Below, in pieces: positions 49,045 through 60,849 of a DNA stretch of 61,980 bases; the first letter of the stretch is position 1; every line of letters starts with the position of its first letter. The notes under the pieces are model-generated. The model had not been told where the DNA came from. It made no database searches and saw only the letters and a program-made list of their open reading frames with translations. This DNA is from Flavobacteriales bacterium (GTDB taxonomy: Bacteria > Bacteroidota > Bacteroidia > Flavobacteriales_F > PHOS-HE28). The stretch lies in assembly GCA_049289815.1 (NCBI GenBank), contig JBATMK010000285.1, positions 1-61,980 of the forward strand, in the 5' to 3' direction. The position numbers were made by a program, and so were the translations under genes.

Positions 49045-50942
49045 TGAAGGCCATCCTCACCTCCACTCTTGCTCCATTGGCGTGCGTGGCGCTACTTGCC
49101 GGTTGCGCGGGCATGCGCCTGCAGCAGGCCGATCAGGCGTACAACCGCATGGCCTATGATAAAGCGGTGGGCAAGTACGATCAGGTACCGGCCGCCAGGT
49201 TGGACCGTGCCGCACTGCTGCGTGCCGCCGAAGCCGCGCGTCTCCAAGGCAAGACTGAGCGGGCTGTACAACGATTCGCAAGCGCCGACAGCGTGACAAG
49301 TCTCACTGGCAATGATGCCCTGCACTACGGACAGGTGCTGATGGAAGTGGGCCAACGCGAGAAGGCCGCGGCGTTCTTCCTGCGCATCCTGGGCGAGAAC
49401 CCCGAGGATGGCACCGCACAGGACCTGTACGAATCCTGCCTTGGCTACAAGTCATTCTACAAGGACACTGCACGGTTCGTTGTGAACGAACTGGTATTGC
49501 CCGGCATGCGCAACATGTTCAGCGCGGCGCAGTACAAGAAGGGACTGGTGGTGGTGGGTGAACAGGACGCACCGCTCACCAACGTCAATCCATGGAACGG
49601 TCTCAGCTATCTGGACCTGTACTACTGCGAGAAGAAAACCATGGTGACCTGGTTGGCAGCACAACCGCTGCCCGGCGAGGTGAATGGCCAATGGCACGAA
49701 GGCCCCGTGGCTTTCAGCGCCGACGGCAAAACGATGTACTTCACGCGCAGCCACTACACCGGGCACAAACTCGGAAAGGACGATGCCGATGTGAGCCACT
49801 TGATGATGTTCCGCGCGACACTGAACGACGCCGGTGACTGGACCGATATCCGCGCGTTCGCTTTCAACGGTGACGATTACTCCACCGGACACCCTGCACT
49901 GAGCAACGATGGACATACGCTCTACTTCGCCAGCGACCGGCCCGGCGGACTGGGCGGCACCGACATCTGGATGAGCCGCGATATCGGTACCGGATGGACG
50001 GAGCCGGTGAATCTTGGCCCTATCGTGAACACGCCCGGCAACGAGTTGTTCCCGACCATCAACGGCAATACCCTCTATTTCGCCAGCACCGCGCACTTGA
50101 ACATGGGCGGGCTCGATATCTTCAGTACCCGCACGGAGAATGATGAGTGGACCATCCCGGAGAACATGGGCTATCCCCTCAACACGGTGCACGACGATTT
50201 CAGTTTCGTGCTCGACACCGTCCACAACGGGGGCTACCTGAGCAGTGATCGCACCGGCAATGACCGGATCCATTCCTTCCTCATCAACCAGCGGATCTTC
50301 TCGTTGGAAGGCGTCGTGGGCGATAGCAGTGACTTCCTGCCGAACGTGGAAGCGAGCATTGAGAACATCGAGACCCTGGAGGAGAGAACCACCTTGAGCG
50401 GACCTGATGGTGTCTTCCGGTTCGACCTGGAACCCGAGAGCACGTACGATGTCACGGTGCACCGCGATGGCTACCTGAACGAACGTAAACGCGTGAGCAC
50501 GAAAGGCTTGGCCGTGAGCGACACGCTTGAGATCTCCTTCACCTTGCAGGCCATCGAGGTGAACAAGCCCATTGCCATCGAGAACATCTACTTCGACTAC
50601 GACAAATGGGACATCCGGCCGGATGCCGCTGTTGAACTGGACAAGTTGGTGGCCATCATCAAGGACAACCCCGACCTGGGCTTCGAACTGGGATCCCACA
50701 CCGATGCGCGCGGGGGCGACCTGTACAATCTCGTCCTCTCCGACGGCCGCGCCAACAGCACGGTGGACTACCTGGTCCGACACGGTGCCGATCCCATGCG
50801 CATCACCGCCAAGGGTTATGGCGAGGAACGCCTGACGAACAGGTGTTCCAATGGCGTGGCATGCAGCGAAGAGGAACACCAGGCCAACCGCCGTACGGAG
50901 TTCACCATCACCTACGTGAAGGAGATGGCGGGCACGCGTTGA
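49044..50942 (+). CDS. OmpA-family lipoprotein with N-terminal TPR-like region, TolB-like (PD40) beta-propeller repeats and a C-terminal peptidoglycan-binding OmpA domain
   Basis: 632 aa. Lipobox LLAGC. PD40-like DGKTMYFT, DGHTLYFASDRPGGLGGTDIW, GNTLYFAS. OmpA_C: IYFDYDKWDIRPDA...LGSHTDARG...YNLVLSDGRA......GYGE...N......ANRRTEF. Confidence 0.85.
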   Translation: MKAILTSTLAPLACVALLAGCAGMRLQQADQAYNRMAYDKAVGKYDQVPAARLDRAALLRAAEAARLQGKTERAVQRFASADSVTSLTGNDALHYGQVLMEVGQREKAAAFFLRILGENPEDGTAQDLYESCLGYKSFYKDTARFVVNELVLPGMRNMFSAAQYKKGLVVVGEQDAPLTNVNPWNGLSYLDLYYCEKKTMVTWLAAQPLPGEVNGQWHEGPVAFSADGKTMYFTRSHYTGHKLGKDDADVSHLMMFRATLNDAGDWTDIRAFAFNGDDYSTGHPALSNDGHTLYFASDRPGGLGGTDIWMSRDIGTGWTEPVNLGPIVNTPGNELFPTINGNTLYFASTAHLNMGGLDIFSTRTENDEWTIPENMGYPLNTVHDDFSFVLDTVHNGGYLSSDRTGNDRIHSFLINQRIFSLEGVVGDSSDFLPNVEASIENIETLEERTTLSGPDGVFRFDLEPESTYDVTVHRDGYLNERKRVSTKGLAVSDTLEISFTLQAIEVNKPIAIENIYFDYDKWDIRPDAAVELDKLVAIIKDNPDLGFELGSHTDARGGDLYNLVLSDGRANSTVDYLVRHGADPMRITAKGYGEERLTNRCSNGVACSEEEHQANRRTEFTITYVKEMAGTR

Positions 50943-50957
50943 TGCGCCCCGGACAGG

Positions 50958-52493
50958 TCAAGCCTTCTTCAAACCCGAGCGAACCGCATCGCTGAAGGGG
51001 ATGCCGTCCATCTTGGCGCGGGTCCAGCACAGGAAATCGAAATACTTCAGTACCAGGCTCTGGTTCGGGTCCTTGAACAGTCGCACCAGTTCGTCGTGCA
51101 ACGACTTGAACAGGTCGCGTTTCACGCTGGGTTGTGTTGCACGCGCCAGTTTCTTGATGTGATCGATCAGCGCGTTCTCCACTTCCAACGCGCGGTGCCG
51201 TTTGCTGAGGAAGCGTTGTGTGCTGCGCACGATGTACTCCAGCAGATCGAAGTTGCCCAGCTCGTAATGCACCACCAGGTTGAATAGGCGCGCATAGGCG
51301 AAGATGTCCTGACGTAGCGTAGGCTCGGGATCGTTCAGCACTTTGTTGAGCCAGAAGAGGGACTTGTTCACCTCGCCGGCACCGAAGTGTACCACGGCCA
51401 GGTTGTACCAGAACTCGATCTCGAATTCCTTGTTCAGCCGTGTGCCCAGCTCTTCCATGCCCTGTAGTATGGCAGGTACCAGCTCCACGGCCTTGGCATG
51501 CTCGCCCATGCAATCGTACAGCCGGAGCTCACTGACGTAGCTCGCCGTGAACGTCTGTACGATGATGTCCATGCCATTGAAGCCCTCGTTCTCCTTGAGC
51601 GAGCGCATGAGCTTGATGTTCTCGCGCGCGCTCTTGAAATCCTCCAGCTCGATCTGCCCTAAGATGATGTATTGCAGCGTCCTCACGTAGCGCTTGGCCA
51701 GATCGCTCTTCAGGTGGGGATGGTTGTCCAGGATGGACTTCACCTTCATGAACTTCTCCAGGCTCGTCTTCCAATCGCGCTTTGCCCATTGACAGAAGCC
51801 CTGGGTGTAATAGCAGATCGTGGCGGCCCGCTGGCTCAGGGCCGTGTTCTTCCCCTTGATGAGCTGGTGTTCGCTGATCTCCTCCACCATTGCATGTTCC
51901 TCGTCGCTGCGCACATAGCCACCGCTGCGGAACACGTAGTTGATCTTGCTGTACAGGATGTGGTACGCGGCCAGGTTGCGCAGTTTCTCGATCACGTCGC
52001 GTTCCTCCTCGATCAGCGCGTCCAGGTCCTTGGTGAACTCCCCGCTCTCGTAGGCCTCTTCCAACAGCATCTTCTCCCAGTTCAGCAGCTCGAACCAGTA
52101 GTAGAACCGCTCGTTCTCCTTGGCCAGCCGCTTGGCCCGGTGCAGGACCTTGTTGCATTCATCGTACAGCGCTTTTTGGTAGAGGATCTCGATGTTCTTG
52201 ATCTCCTGCTTCAGGATGCTGCTGACGTTGTTCTCCGAGTAGTACGCCCGCAGCGCTTTCAGGATCAGCTTGTAGAGGTGGTTCTTCTCGCTGGGGAAGT
52301 GCTTGATGAACATGGTCCCCGCGAACTTCTTCTTGATCAGGTCCTCGTCGTAAACCTCCTGATCGTCCACTGCCTCGAAGATCTTCAGGTAGTTCTTCGG
52401 CCCGCTCTGCAGGGCGCTATGCAGCTTGAAGAACCGCTTCTCCGACTTGTTCAATGACTTGATCAGATCGTGCAGTTCGGTGCTCGGTTTCAT
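50958..52493 (-). CDS. Hypothetical all-alpha (TPR-like) cytoplasmic protein, 511 aa
   Basis: Track ORF 50958..52817 trimmed to ATG 52493 (MKPSTELHDLIKSLNKSEKRFFKLH...). The upstream 108 codons are Arg/Gly/Cys-rich nonsense that overlaps the divergent promoter region. Confidence 0.7.
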   Translation of the reverse strand: MKPSTELHDLIKSLNKSEKRFFKLHSALQSGPKNYLKIFEAVDDQEVYDEDLIKKKFAGTMFIKHFPSEKNHLYKLILKALRAYYSENNVSSILKQEIKNIEILYQKALYDECNKVLHRAKRLAKENERFYYWFELLNWEKMLLEEAYESGEFTKDLDALIEEERDVIEKLRNLAAYHILYSKINYVFRSGGYVRSDEEHAMVEEISEHQLIKGKNTALSQRAATICYYTQGFCQWAKRDWKTSLEKFMKVKSILDNHPHLKSDLAKRYVRTLQYIILGQIELEDFKSARENIKLMRSLKENEGFNGMDIIVQTFTASYVSELRLYDCMGEHAKAVELVPAILQGMEELGTRLNKEFEIEFWYNLAVVHFGAGEVNKSLFWLNKVLNDPEPTLRQDIFAYARLFNLVVHYELGNFDLLEYIVRSTQRFLSKRHRALEVENALIDHIKKLARATQPSVKRDLFKSLHDELVRLFKDPNQSLVLKYFDFLCWTRAKMDGIPFSDAVRSGLKKA

Positions 52494-52543
52494 ACGGGAT
52501 AGTGGGTGCTGGCCTACGGTGTAAGGAACCCAAGGCACATGTC

Positions 52544-52551
52544 CAAAAGTA
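52544..52551 (-). promoter_or_regulatory. Candidate -7 promoter box (TActTTTG) for the 50958..52493 gene
   Basis: Perfect TAnnTTTG on the minus strand, 51 nt upstream of ATG 52493. Confidence 0.35.
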
Positions 52552-52630
52552 GGGATCCCATGTGGTGAACGGGTGGACCAGCGACTTTCGTGCGGCGCTA
52601 CCTTGCCCACGGACCCTCGCTGACCGAACC

Positions 52631-55066
52631 ATGACAATGACCCGTTCCCACCTGCTGTTCGCCTTCCCGCTCTGCTTTGCGAACGTGCTTCACGGACAGT
52701 CCTGCCAGTTGAACAGGAGCGCGACCGCGCACGAGCACCCTGCGCACCTGAAAGCGGCTGCAACGCGCAGCGACAGCATCGATATCCTCCACACGAGCAT
52801 CGATCTCGACCTGACACAGGTGGACCTGGGTGTGATCGCCGCCCATACCACCCTGCGCTTCGCCCCGAAGGTGAACGCCATCGATCACCTTCCCCTCGAC
52901 CTGCTCGCCCTCACCGTGGATTCCGTGACATACGGCAACACGCTTCTGGGTTTCGCCCAGACCGGCGAGCTGCTCGACATCACATTGGACGCAGCGCATG
53001 ATCCCGCCGACACGCTTGAACTCACGGTCCATTACCACGGCGACCCCACGGTGGATGTGACCGGCTGGGGCGGTTTTTACACCAGTGGCAGTGTCATCTA
53101 CAACTTGGGTGTAGCCTTCGGTGCGCAGCCGCATTCCTATGGCCGCGCCTGGTTCCCTTGCTTCGACAATTTCGTTGAGCGCAGCACCTATGAGTTCGTG
53201 GTGCATACCGACCTGAACCGCCATACCTGGTGCAACGGCGAGCTGTTGGACGAAACGGATCTCGGTGGTGGGTTGTGGACCTCGCATTGGCAAATGGCCG
53301 GGAGCATTCCTGCGTATCTGGCATCCGTGACAGCGAGCACGTACGCCGTCGCCCGCGATTCATTCCCCAGCACCGGTGGCAACACCGTTCCCGTTGACCT
53401 GGTCGCAATGCCCGGCGATACCACCGACATGAAGAACTCCTTCTTGCACCTGAAAGATGCGTTCGATGGATATGAAGAACGTTTCGGGCCGTACCGCTGG
53501 GAACGTGTGGGCTACTGCCTTACACCGCAAGGGGCGATGGAGCATCCATGCAACATCTCCTATCCAACTTCCATTGTGGATGGCGGCCTGCAGTATGAAG
53601 CCACCATGGCACACGAACTGGCGCATATGTGGTTCGGCGATCTCATCACCTGCGCACGGGCGGAGGAGATGTACATCAACGAAGGCTTCGCGGAATACCT
53701 GAGCTATCTCTTCCTGGAGCGCGTCTACGGCAACGCCTACTACATGGATGAGGTGCGCTCCAACCACCACGACATGCTGCACAGCGCCCATGTCACCGAC
53801 GAAGGCTGGTACGCCCTGGCCGATATGCCACAAGACTTCACCTACGGCGCGCAGACATACAACAAGGGGGCCGATGTCCTGCATACGCTGCGCAGCTACC
53901 TGGGTGAAAACCTGTTCAACGCCGGACTCACGAGTGTCATGAACGCGTATGCCTTCAAGGACATTTCCACCGATCAATTGCGCGACCACCTGACAGCTAC
54001 TACCGGAGTCGACATGACCGACTACTTCGATGACTGGATCAAGCAACCCGGTTGGGCGGCCTTCGAGGTGGACGGCTTCACCAGCGTACCCGGCGGTGGC
54101 GGCTTCGTGACCACCGTGGAAGTGCAACAGAAGTTGCGACATGCCGATCACTATTACCACAATGTGCCCACCACCATCACCTGCGTGAGCAGTTCAGGGG
54201 CGCTGTTCAGTTCGCAGCATCCGCTGGGCGGGGCCACCAATACAGTGGTGATCAACACCCCGTTCGAGCCAGCGTTCATCTGGTTGAACAACGATGACCG
54301 GATCAGCATGGCCGTAACGGCGCAGCACGATACGATCACCACCACCGGAGTGCGCCAGTACAACCTGGCCAACTTCCGCCTCACGGCCAACACGGTGCCC
54401 GCTCAGGCCACCTTGCGTATCGAGGAGTATTGGGTCGCGGCGGACGAAGGTGTCGATGAGGCCTTCGCCTATGTGGTTTCGCCCGACCGGTATTGGCGGA
54501 TCACCGGTATCGTTCCCTTGGGATGCGAATTCGATGCGCGGATACTGTTCGATGGACGGCCCACTGCAAGCGGCTCCTACGATGTGGGTCTGGTGCAGGA
54601 CTTCGGCGGCGTGGCCTTCAATGAGGACAGTATGGTGGTGCTGTACCGCAGCGGACCCGGTGCCTTGTGGACCGTGGTACTCAATGCCACCGTCAATACC
54701 CAAGGGCCCGCAACGGACGGTTCGGGCCGCATCGACTTTACCGGCTTCCAATTGGGCGAGTACACGTTGGGTTGGCGCAAGAGCGCGGTCGCCGTGAATG
54801 AGGTCAGCGGAGGCGAAGAGCGATCCTGGAGCATCAGCCCCAATCCTGCCGACGAACGCATCGTGGTTGAACGCATCGGACATGCAGTGGAAGTGGACAG
54901 CGTGTTGCAGCTCATCGATGCCAACGGCAAGGTGATCGCTGAGCAAGCAGCTACCGCACGACAAGTCGCGTTCGATGTTGGCCGGTTACCAGCTCAAACA
55001 GTGAGCGTAATACTGTTGCGCAGAGGCATCGATGCGATGCACCTCGGCACGGTGGTGATCGAGTGA
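52631..55066 (+). CDS. M1-family zinc metallopeptidase with type-A T9SS CTD
   Basis: Track ORF 52562..55066 trimmed to ATG 52631 (MTMTRSHLLFAFPLCFANVLHGQ). HELAHMWFGD...INEGFAEY. C-terminal WSISPNPADERIVV... tail. Confidence 0.85.
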   Translation: MTMTRSHLLFAFPLCFANVLHGQSCQLNRSATAHEHPAHLKAAATRSDSIDILHTSIDLDLTQVDLGVIAAHTTLRFAPKVNAIDHLPLDLLALTVDSVTYGNTLLGFAQTGELLDITLDAAHDPADTLELTVHYHGDPTVDVTGWGGFYTSGSVIYNLGVAFGAQPHSYGRAWFPCFDNFVERSTYEFVVHTDLNRHTWCNGELLDETDLGGGLWTSHWQMAGSIPAYLASVTASTYAVARDSFPSTGGNTVPVDLVAMPGDTTDMKNSFLHLKDAFDGYEERFGPYRWERVGYCLTPQGAMEHPCNISYPTSIVDGGLQYEATMAHELAHMWFGDLITCARAEEMYINEGFAEYLSYLFLERVYGNAYYMDEVRSNHHDMLHSAHVTDEGWYALADMPQDFTYGAQTYNKGADVLHTLRSYLGENLFNAGLTSVMNAYAFKDISTDQLRDHLTATTGVDMTDYFDDWIKQPGWAAFEVDGFTSVPGGGGFVTTVEVQQKLRHADHYYHNVPTTITCVSSSGALFSSQHPLGGATNTVVINTPFEPAFIWLNNDDRISMAVTAQHDTITTTGVRQYNLANFRLTANTVPAQATLRIEEYWVAADEGVDEAFAYVVSPDRYWRITGIVPLGCEFDARILFDGRPTASGSYDVGLVQDFGGVAFNEDSMVVLYRSGPGALWTVVLNATVNTQGPATDGSGRIDFTGFQLGEYTLGWRKSAVAVNEVSGGEERSWSISPNPADERIVVERIGHAVEVDSVLQLIDANGKVIAEQAATARQVAFDVGRLPAQTVSVILLRRGIDAMHLGTVVIE
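54827..55063 (+). other. Type-A T9SS CTD of the M1 peptidase
   Basis: WSISPNPADERIVVERIGHAVEVDSVLQLIDANGKVIAEQ...VSVILLRRGIDAMHLGTVVIE. Confidence 0.7.
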
Positions 55067-55067
55067 C

Positions 55068-55886
55068 CTAGCGCTTGATCGTATACCGGGTGGAAAAGCC
55101 CACCGCGATGCGCGAGTTGATCGGCCGTACCCCGCTGCCGTGGATCATTTGCAGGCCCACCCCGTAGGCTGCCTCCAATGCCACATCCACCCGTTTGAGG
55201 ATACGCACACCGGCCCGCGCAGTAACATGCGCACGCACATACGTGCAGCGCTTCCCGGGATAATATTCCTCGTTGCTCGATAATTGGCGCGTGCCGCTCA
55301 CATCGCGCAGGCTGGTGGCTTCCAGCACATAGAACTGGCTGCTCGTGGTGGTGCCGAGGCCCAACCCCAAACCGCCGCCGAAATAGAACGGGCGCTGCTC
55401 ATTGCTGCGCCAGCGCCGCTCAACGCCGAGCCCCACTTCGTTCTGCGCGTAGAAGTAGCCCGTGCTGAAGGTGTACAGTGAATCGCCGGAAATGGAATCG
55501 GTTTCCACGATCACACCCGAGGTGCGGCCGAGGTATCGGTCCAACGAGAATTTCCACTGGTGCCCGGTGAGCGCACCGTTGTCGATCCGGCTCAGGCTCA
55601 CATCCTGCTGCGTCTGGATGGCCAATGATGCAGAGAAGAAGTAGATCCGCTCGTAATCGGTTTCCGCATCGATCACCGAAGCGCTGCGTGGGAAGAGCTG
55701 CATGGTGGCGAGGTCATGCGCTTGATACCACGCGATCTCACCACCGAGCGTGTGCCCGAAGGTCCTCACCTTCCACTGGCGCTCCTTCTGCCAATACTGG
55801 GTGCTATCGGTCGGGGTTTCCTGCGCGACAGCACTGCCCAGATTCGCACCGGTCAGCAGGCAAAGCATGGCGGTGCGCAAGGACAT
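55068..55886 (-). CDS. Hypothetical outer-membrane beta-barrel-like protein
   Basis: 272 aa. Signal peptide MSLRTAMLCLLTGANLGSAVAQ. Alternating beta pattern, Gly-rich turns, C-terminal GFSTRYTIKR. Confidence 0.6.
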   Translation of the reverse strand: MSLRTAMLCLLTGANLGSAVAQETPTDSTQYWQKERQWKVRTFGHTLGGEIAWYQAHDLATMQLFPRSASVIDAETDYERIYFFSASLAIQTQQDVSLSRIDNGALTGHQWKFSLDRYLGRTSGVIVETDSISGDSLYTFSTGYFYAQNEVGLGVERRWRSNEQRPFYFGGGLGLGLGTTTSSQFYVLEATSLRDVSGTRQLSSNEEYYPGKRCTYVRAHVTARAGVRILKRVDVALEAAYGVGLQMIHGSGVRPINSRIAVGFSTRYTIKR

Positions 55887-55967
55887 GCGTCGAAGATCGG
55901 TGAACCGATCGGAACACGGGGAAGGCCGGTTCGGCCGGGCTGCGGTTCCTGACGCCCTTACAGGAAC

Positions 55968-58381
<2,414 letters not shown>

Positions 58382-58516
58382 CGGCTGAAAAGCGGCGCGA
58401 AGATATCCGCACGACCCAACCTCTCCGGCCCTTGTTCTGCACAGGTGTTAGAAACGCAAGTCTTGCCATGCTACCGCGCCGAGTGCATGGGCTATCCTTG
58501 CTGAAGAACGAGCGCC

Positions 58517-58939
58517 ATGGCCAAAACCGAGCTGAAGACCAAGGAAACGAAGGCGAGCGTGGACGCCTTCCTCGCGAAGCAGCCCGAAGAGGTGCGCACG
58601 GATTGCCAGACCCTCGTCAAGCTGATGAAGAAGGCTACCGGAGAAGAGCCCCGCCTGTGGGGAGAAAGCATCGTGGGCTTCGGACGCTATCACTACAAGG
58701 GTGCGAGCGGGAGAGAAGGCGAATGGATGATCACCGGTTTCAGCCCGCGTAAGACGAACCTGTCGATCTACATCATCATGGGATTTGAGAAGCACGGGGC
58801 CTTGATGAAGAAGCTGGGCAAGCACAGTACGGGTAAGGGTTGTCTGTACGTCAAGCGGCTGGCGGACGTGGATATGAAGTTGTTGGACGAGCTGATCGTT
58901 AAGAACGTCAAGGCGATGTCCAAAAGCCGCGTGCACTAG
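58517..58939 (+). CDS. DUF1801 (YdhG-like) domain protein
   Basis: 140 aa. VDAFLAKQPEEVRTDCQTLVKLMKKATGEEPRLWGESIVGFG.YHYK...G......GFSPRK..L.IY pattern. Confidence 0.75.
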   Translation: MAKTELKTKETKASVDAFLAKQPEEVRTDCQTLVKLMKKATGEEPRLWGESIVGFGRYHYKGASGREGEWMITGFSPRKTNLSIYIIMGFEKHGALMKKLGKHSTGKGCLYVKRLADVDMKLLDELIVKNVKAMSKSRVH

Positions 58940-58965
58940 CAGGGGGAGGCACTTACTTTGGCTTC

Positions 58966-59442
58966 ATGCATCAACCGCAGGAGGAGCACATGCGGGAAGC
59001 CATCCGGCTTTCCATCGATAACGTGGAGAGCGGCAAGGGTGGACCCTTCGGTTGCGTGGTAGTGAAGGATGGAAAGATCATTGCCCGTGGAGCGAACGAG
59101 GTGACTTCCACCAACGATCCGACGGCACATGCCGAAGTGGTGGCGATCCGAAAGGCCTGCAAGGAGCTGGGCTCGTTCCAGCTGGATGATTGCGAGATCT
59201 ATTGCAGCTGCGAGCCCTGCCCGATGTGCTTGGGAGCGATCTATTGGGCCAGACCTCAGGCGATCTACTACGCGAACACCAAGAACGACGCCGCCGCCAT
59301 CGATTTCGACGATGCGTTCATCTATGCGGAAATAGAACGACCCATCAGGGAACGCAAGCTGTTCACCCAACAGATGTTGCGCGAGGAGGCCTTGGTGGCG
59401 TTCGAGAAGTGGAAGACGAGCACGAAGAAGATCGACTACTGA
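58966..59442 (+). CDS. CDA-fold nucleoside/nucleobase deaminase, probably guanine deaminase (GuaD-like)
   Basis: 158 aa. HAEVVAIRKAC...CEIYCSCEPCPMCLGAIYWAR. Its size and its position directly upstream of xdhAB suggest guanine deaminase. Confidence 0.8.
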   Translation: MHQPQEEHMREAIRLSIDNVESGKGGPFGCVVVKDGKIIARGANEVTSTNDPTAHAEVVAIRKACKELGSFQLDDCEIYCSCEPCPMCLGAIYWARPQAIYYANTKNDAAAIDFDDAFIYAEIERPIRERKLFTQQMLREEALVAFEKWKTSTKKIDY

Positions 59443-59445
59443 ACG

Positions 59446-60849
59446 ATGGTGTCCTTCATCCTGAACGACACGCTGATCGAGAGCACTGAGCCGGAAGGCA
59501 CGGTGCTGCTGGACATCATCCGCTACAAGCAACACCTGCCCGGAACCAAGATCGGTTGTCGTGAAGGGGATTGCGGCGCATGTACCGTGCTCGTGGGTGA
59601 GTTGCGCAATGACCAGGTCGAGTACAGGTCGATGACGTCCTGCTTGCTCGCGTTGGCGAACGCGCATGGCAAGCACATCGTCACCGTGGAAGGTCTGAAC
59701 ATGGAGAAACTCTCTCCGGTGCAGCAAGCCATGGTGGATGAGAGCGGAACGCAATGCGGCTTCTGCACGCCAGGTTTCGTGGTATCACTGAGCGGTTGCA
59801 GCCTGTCGCGGGAGAAGGTGACCAACGACCTCGCCATCCGGGCGATCGACGGGAACATCTGCCGCTGCACAGGGTACAAGTCGATCGAGCGCGCTGCGGC
59901 GATCGTGGCAGAGCAGCTGGCGAAGAAGGATGTGACCGACCCGATGAAGTGGTCGGTGGAGAACGGATTCCTTCCCTCCTACTTCACGCACATCCAGGAA
60001 CGACTGAAGTCCATCCAGCCGAACGACCGACGATCGACAACGAACAACGGCATTCCCCTTGGCGGCGGGACCGACCTCTACGTGCAGAAGCACGACACGA
60101 TGCACCATGCGGAGATCCGTTCCGTGTTCAATGATGAAGCACTGAAAGGCATCCGGATGGAAGACGACCAGTGCATCATCGGCGGAGCATGCGTGGCGAA
60201 CGACCTGCTCGCATCGAAGGAATTGCGCGATCACTTTCCGAACCTTGAGAAGCACTTGTTGCTGGTCTCCTCCACGCCCATCCGCAACATGGGCACATTG
60301 GCCGGAAACTTCGTGAACGCCTCCCCTATCGGCGACCTCACGGTCTTCTTCTTGGGGCTGGACAGCACGATCACCTTGAAGGGCAAGACCGAACGAAGCC
60401 TGAAACTCCGTGATCTCTACAAGGGCTACAAACAGCTGGACAAGTCGCAGGACGAGATCGTGACCTCGGTGCGCTTCACACTTCCCGGCAAGAACACCCG
60501 CTTCAATTTCGAGAAGGTGAGCAAGCGCACCTACCTCGATATCGCGAGTGTGAACAGCGCGACCCGTTTGGAGATGGTCGGTGACACCATCCGCGAGGCG
60601 CATGTCAGCGCGGGGGGCGTGGCGCCGATCCCGAAGTATTTGACCAACACATCGAACTTCCTGGCTGGGAAACCGATTTCGAACAATACGGTCCGCGCTG
60701 CGATCAAGGTGATGAACGACGAGATCGCACCGATCAGCGATGCTCGTGGCACAGCCGATTACAAGCGTCTGCTCTTGCGCCAACAGTTCTTCGCGCACTT
60801 CCTCGAGTTGTTCCCGGAACGGTTCACTTTGAACGAACTGGTCGCATGA
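59446..60849 (+). CDS. xdhA: Xanthine dehydrogenase small subunit (2Fe-2S + FAD-binding)
   Basis: 467 aa. CREGDCGACTV, CGFCTPGF, CRCTGYKSI, then the FAD domain (GGGTDLYV) and the CO-dehydrogenase flavoprotein C-terminal region. Confidence 0.88.
   Translation: MVSFILNDTLIESTEPEGTVLLDIIRYKQHLPGTKIGCREGDCGACTVLVGELRNDQVEYRSMTSCLLALANAHGKHIVTVEGLNMEKLSPVQQAMVDESGTQCGFCTPGFVVSLSGCSLSREKVTNDLAIRAIDGNICRCTGYKSIERAAAIVAEQLAKKDVTDPMKWSVENGFLPSYFTHIQERLKSIQPNDRRSTTNNGIPLGGGTDLYVQKHDTMHHAEIRSVFNDEALKGIRMEDDQCIIGGACVANDLLASKELRDHFPNLEKHLLLVSSTPIRNMGTLAGNFVNASPIGDLTVFFLGLDSTITLKGKTERSLKLRDLYKGYKQLDKSQDEIVTSVRFTLPGKNTRFNFEKVSKRTYLDIASVNSATRLEMVGDTIREAHVSAGGVAPIPKYLTNTSNFLAGKPISNNTVRAAIKVMNDEIAPISDARGTADYKRLLLRQQFFAHFLELFPERFTLNELVA

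Noticed and set aside
52494-52817. N-terminal extensions offered by the ORF track (also 2140..2265, 7738..7830, 9207..9260, 9167..9304, 13808..13855, 29376..29483, 30120..30215, 30737..30916, 48070..48111, 52562..52630)
   Set aside because: The extensions overlap neighbouring genes or divergent promoter regions and have aberrant Arg/Gly/Cys/His composition. Each is followed by an internal start that yields a proper N-terminus or signal peptide, or a start/stop overlap with the upstream gene.
58382-58516. Purine (guanine/xanthine) riboswitch upstream of the purine catabolism cluster
   Set aside because: I could not find the conserved purine-riboswitch core (paired loops and a three-way junction with the characteristic U/C-rich junction) by eye. 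A covariance-model scan would be needed to be certain.
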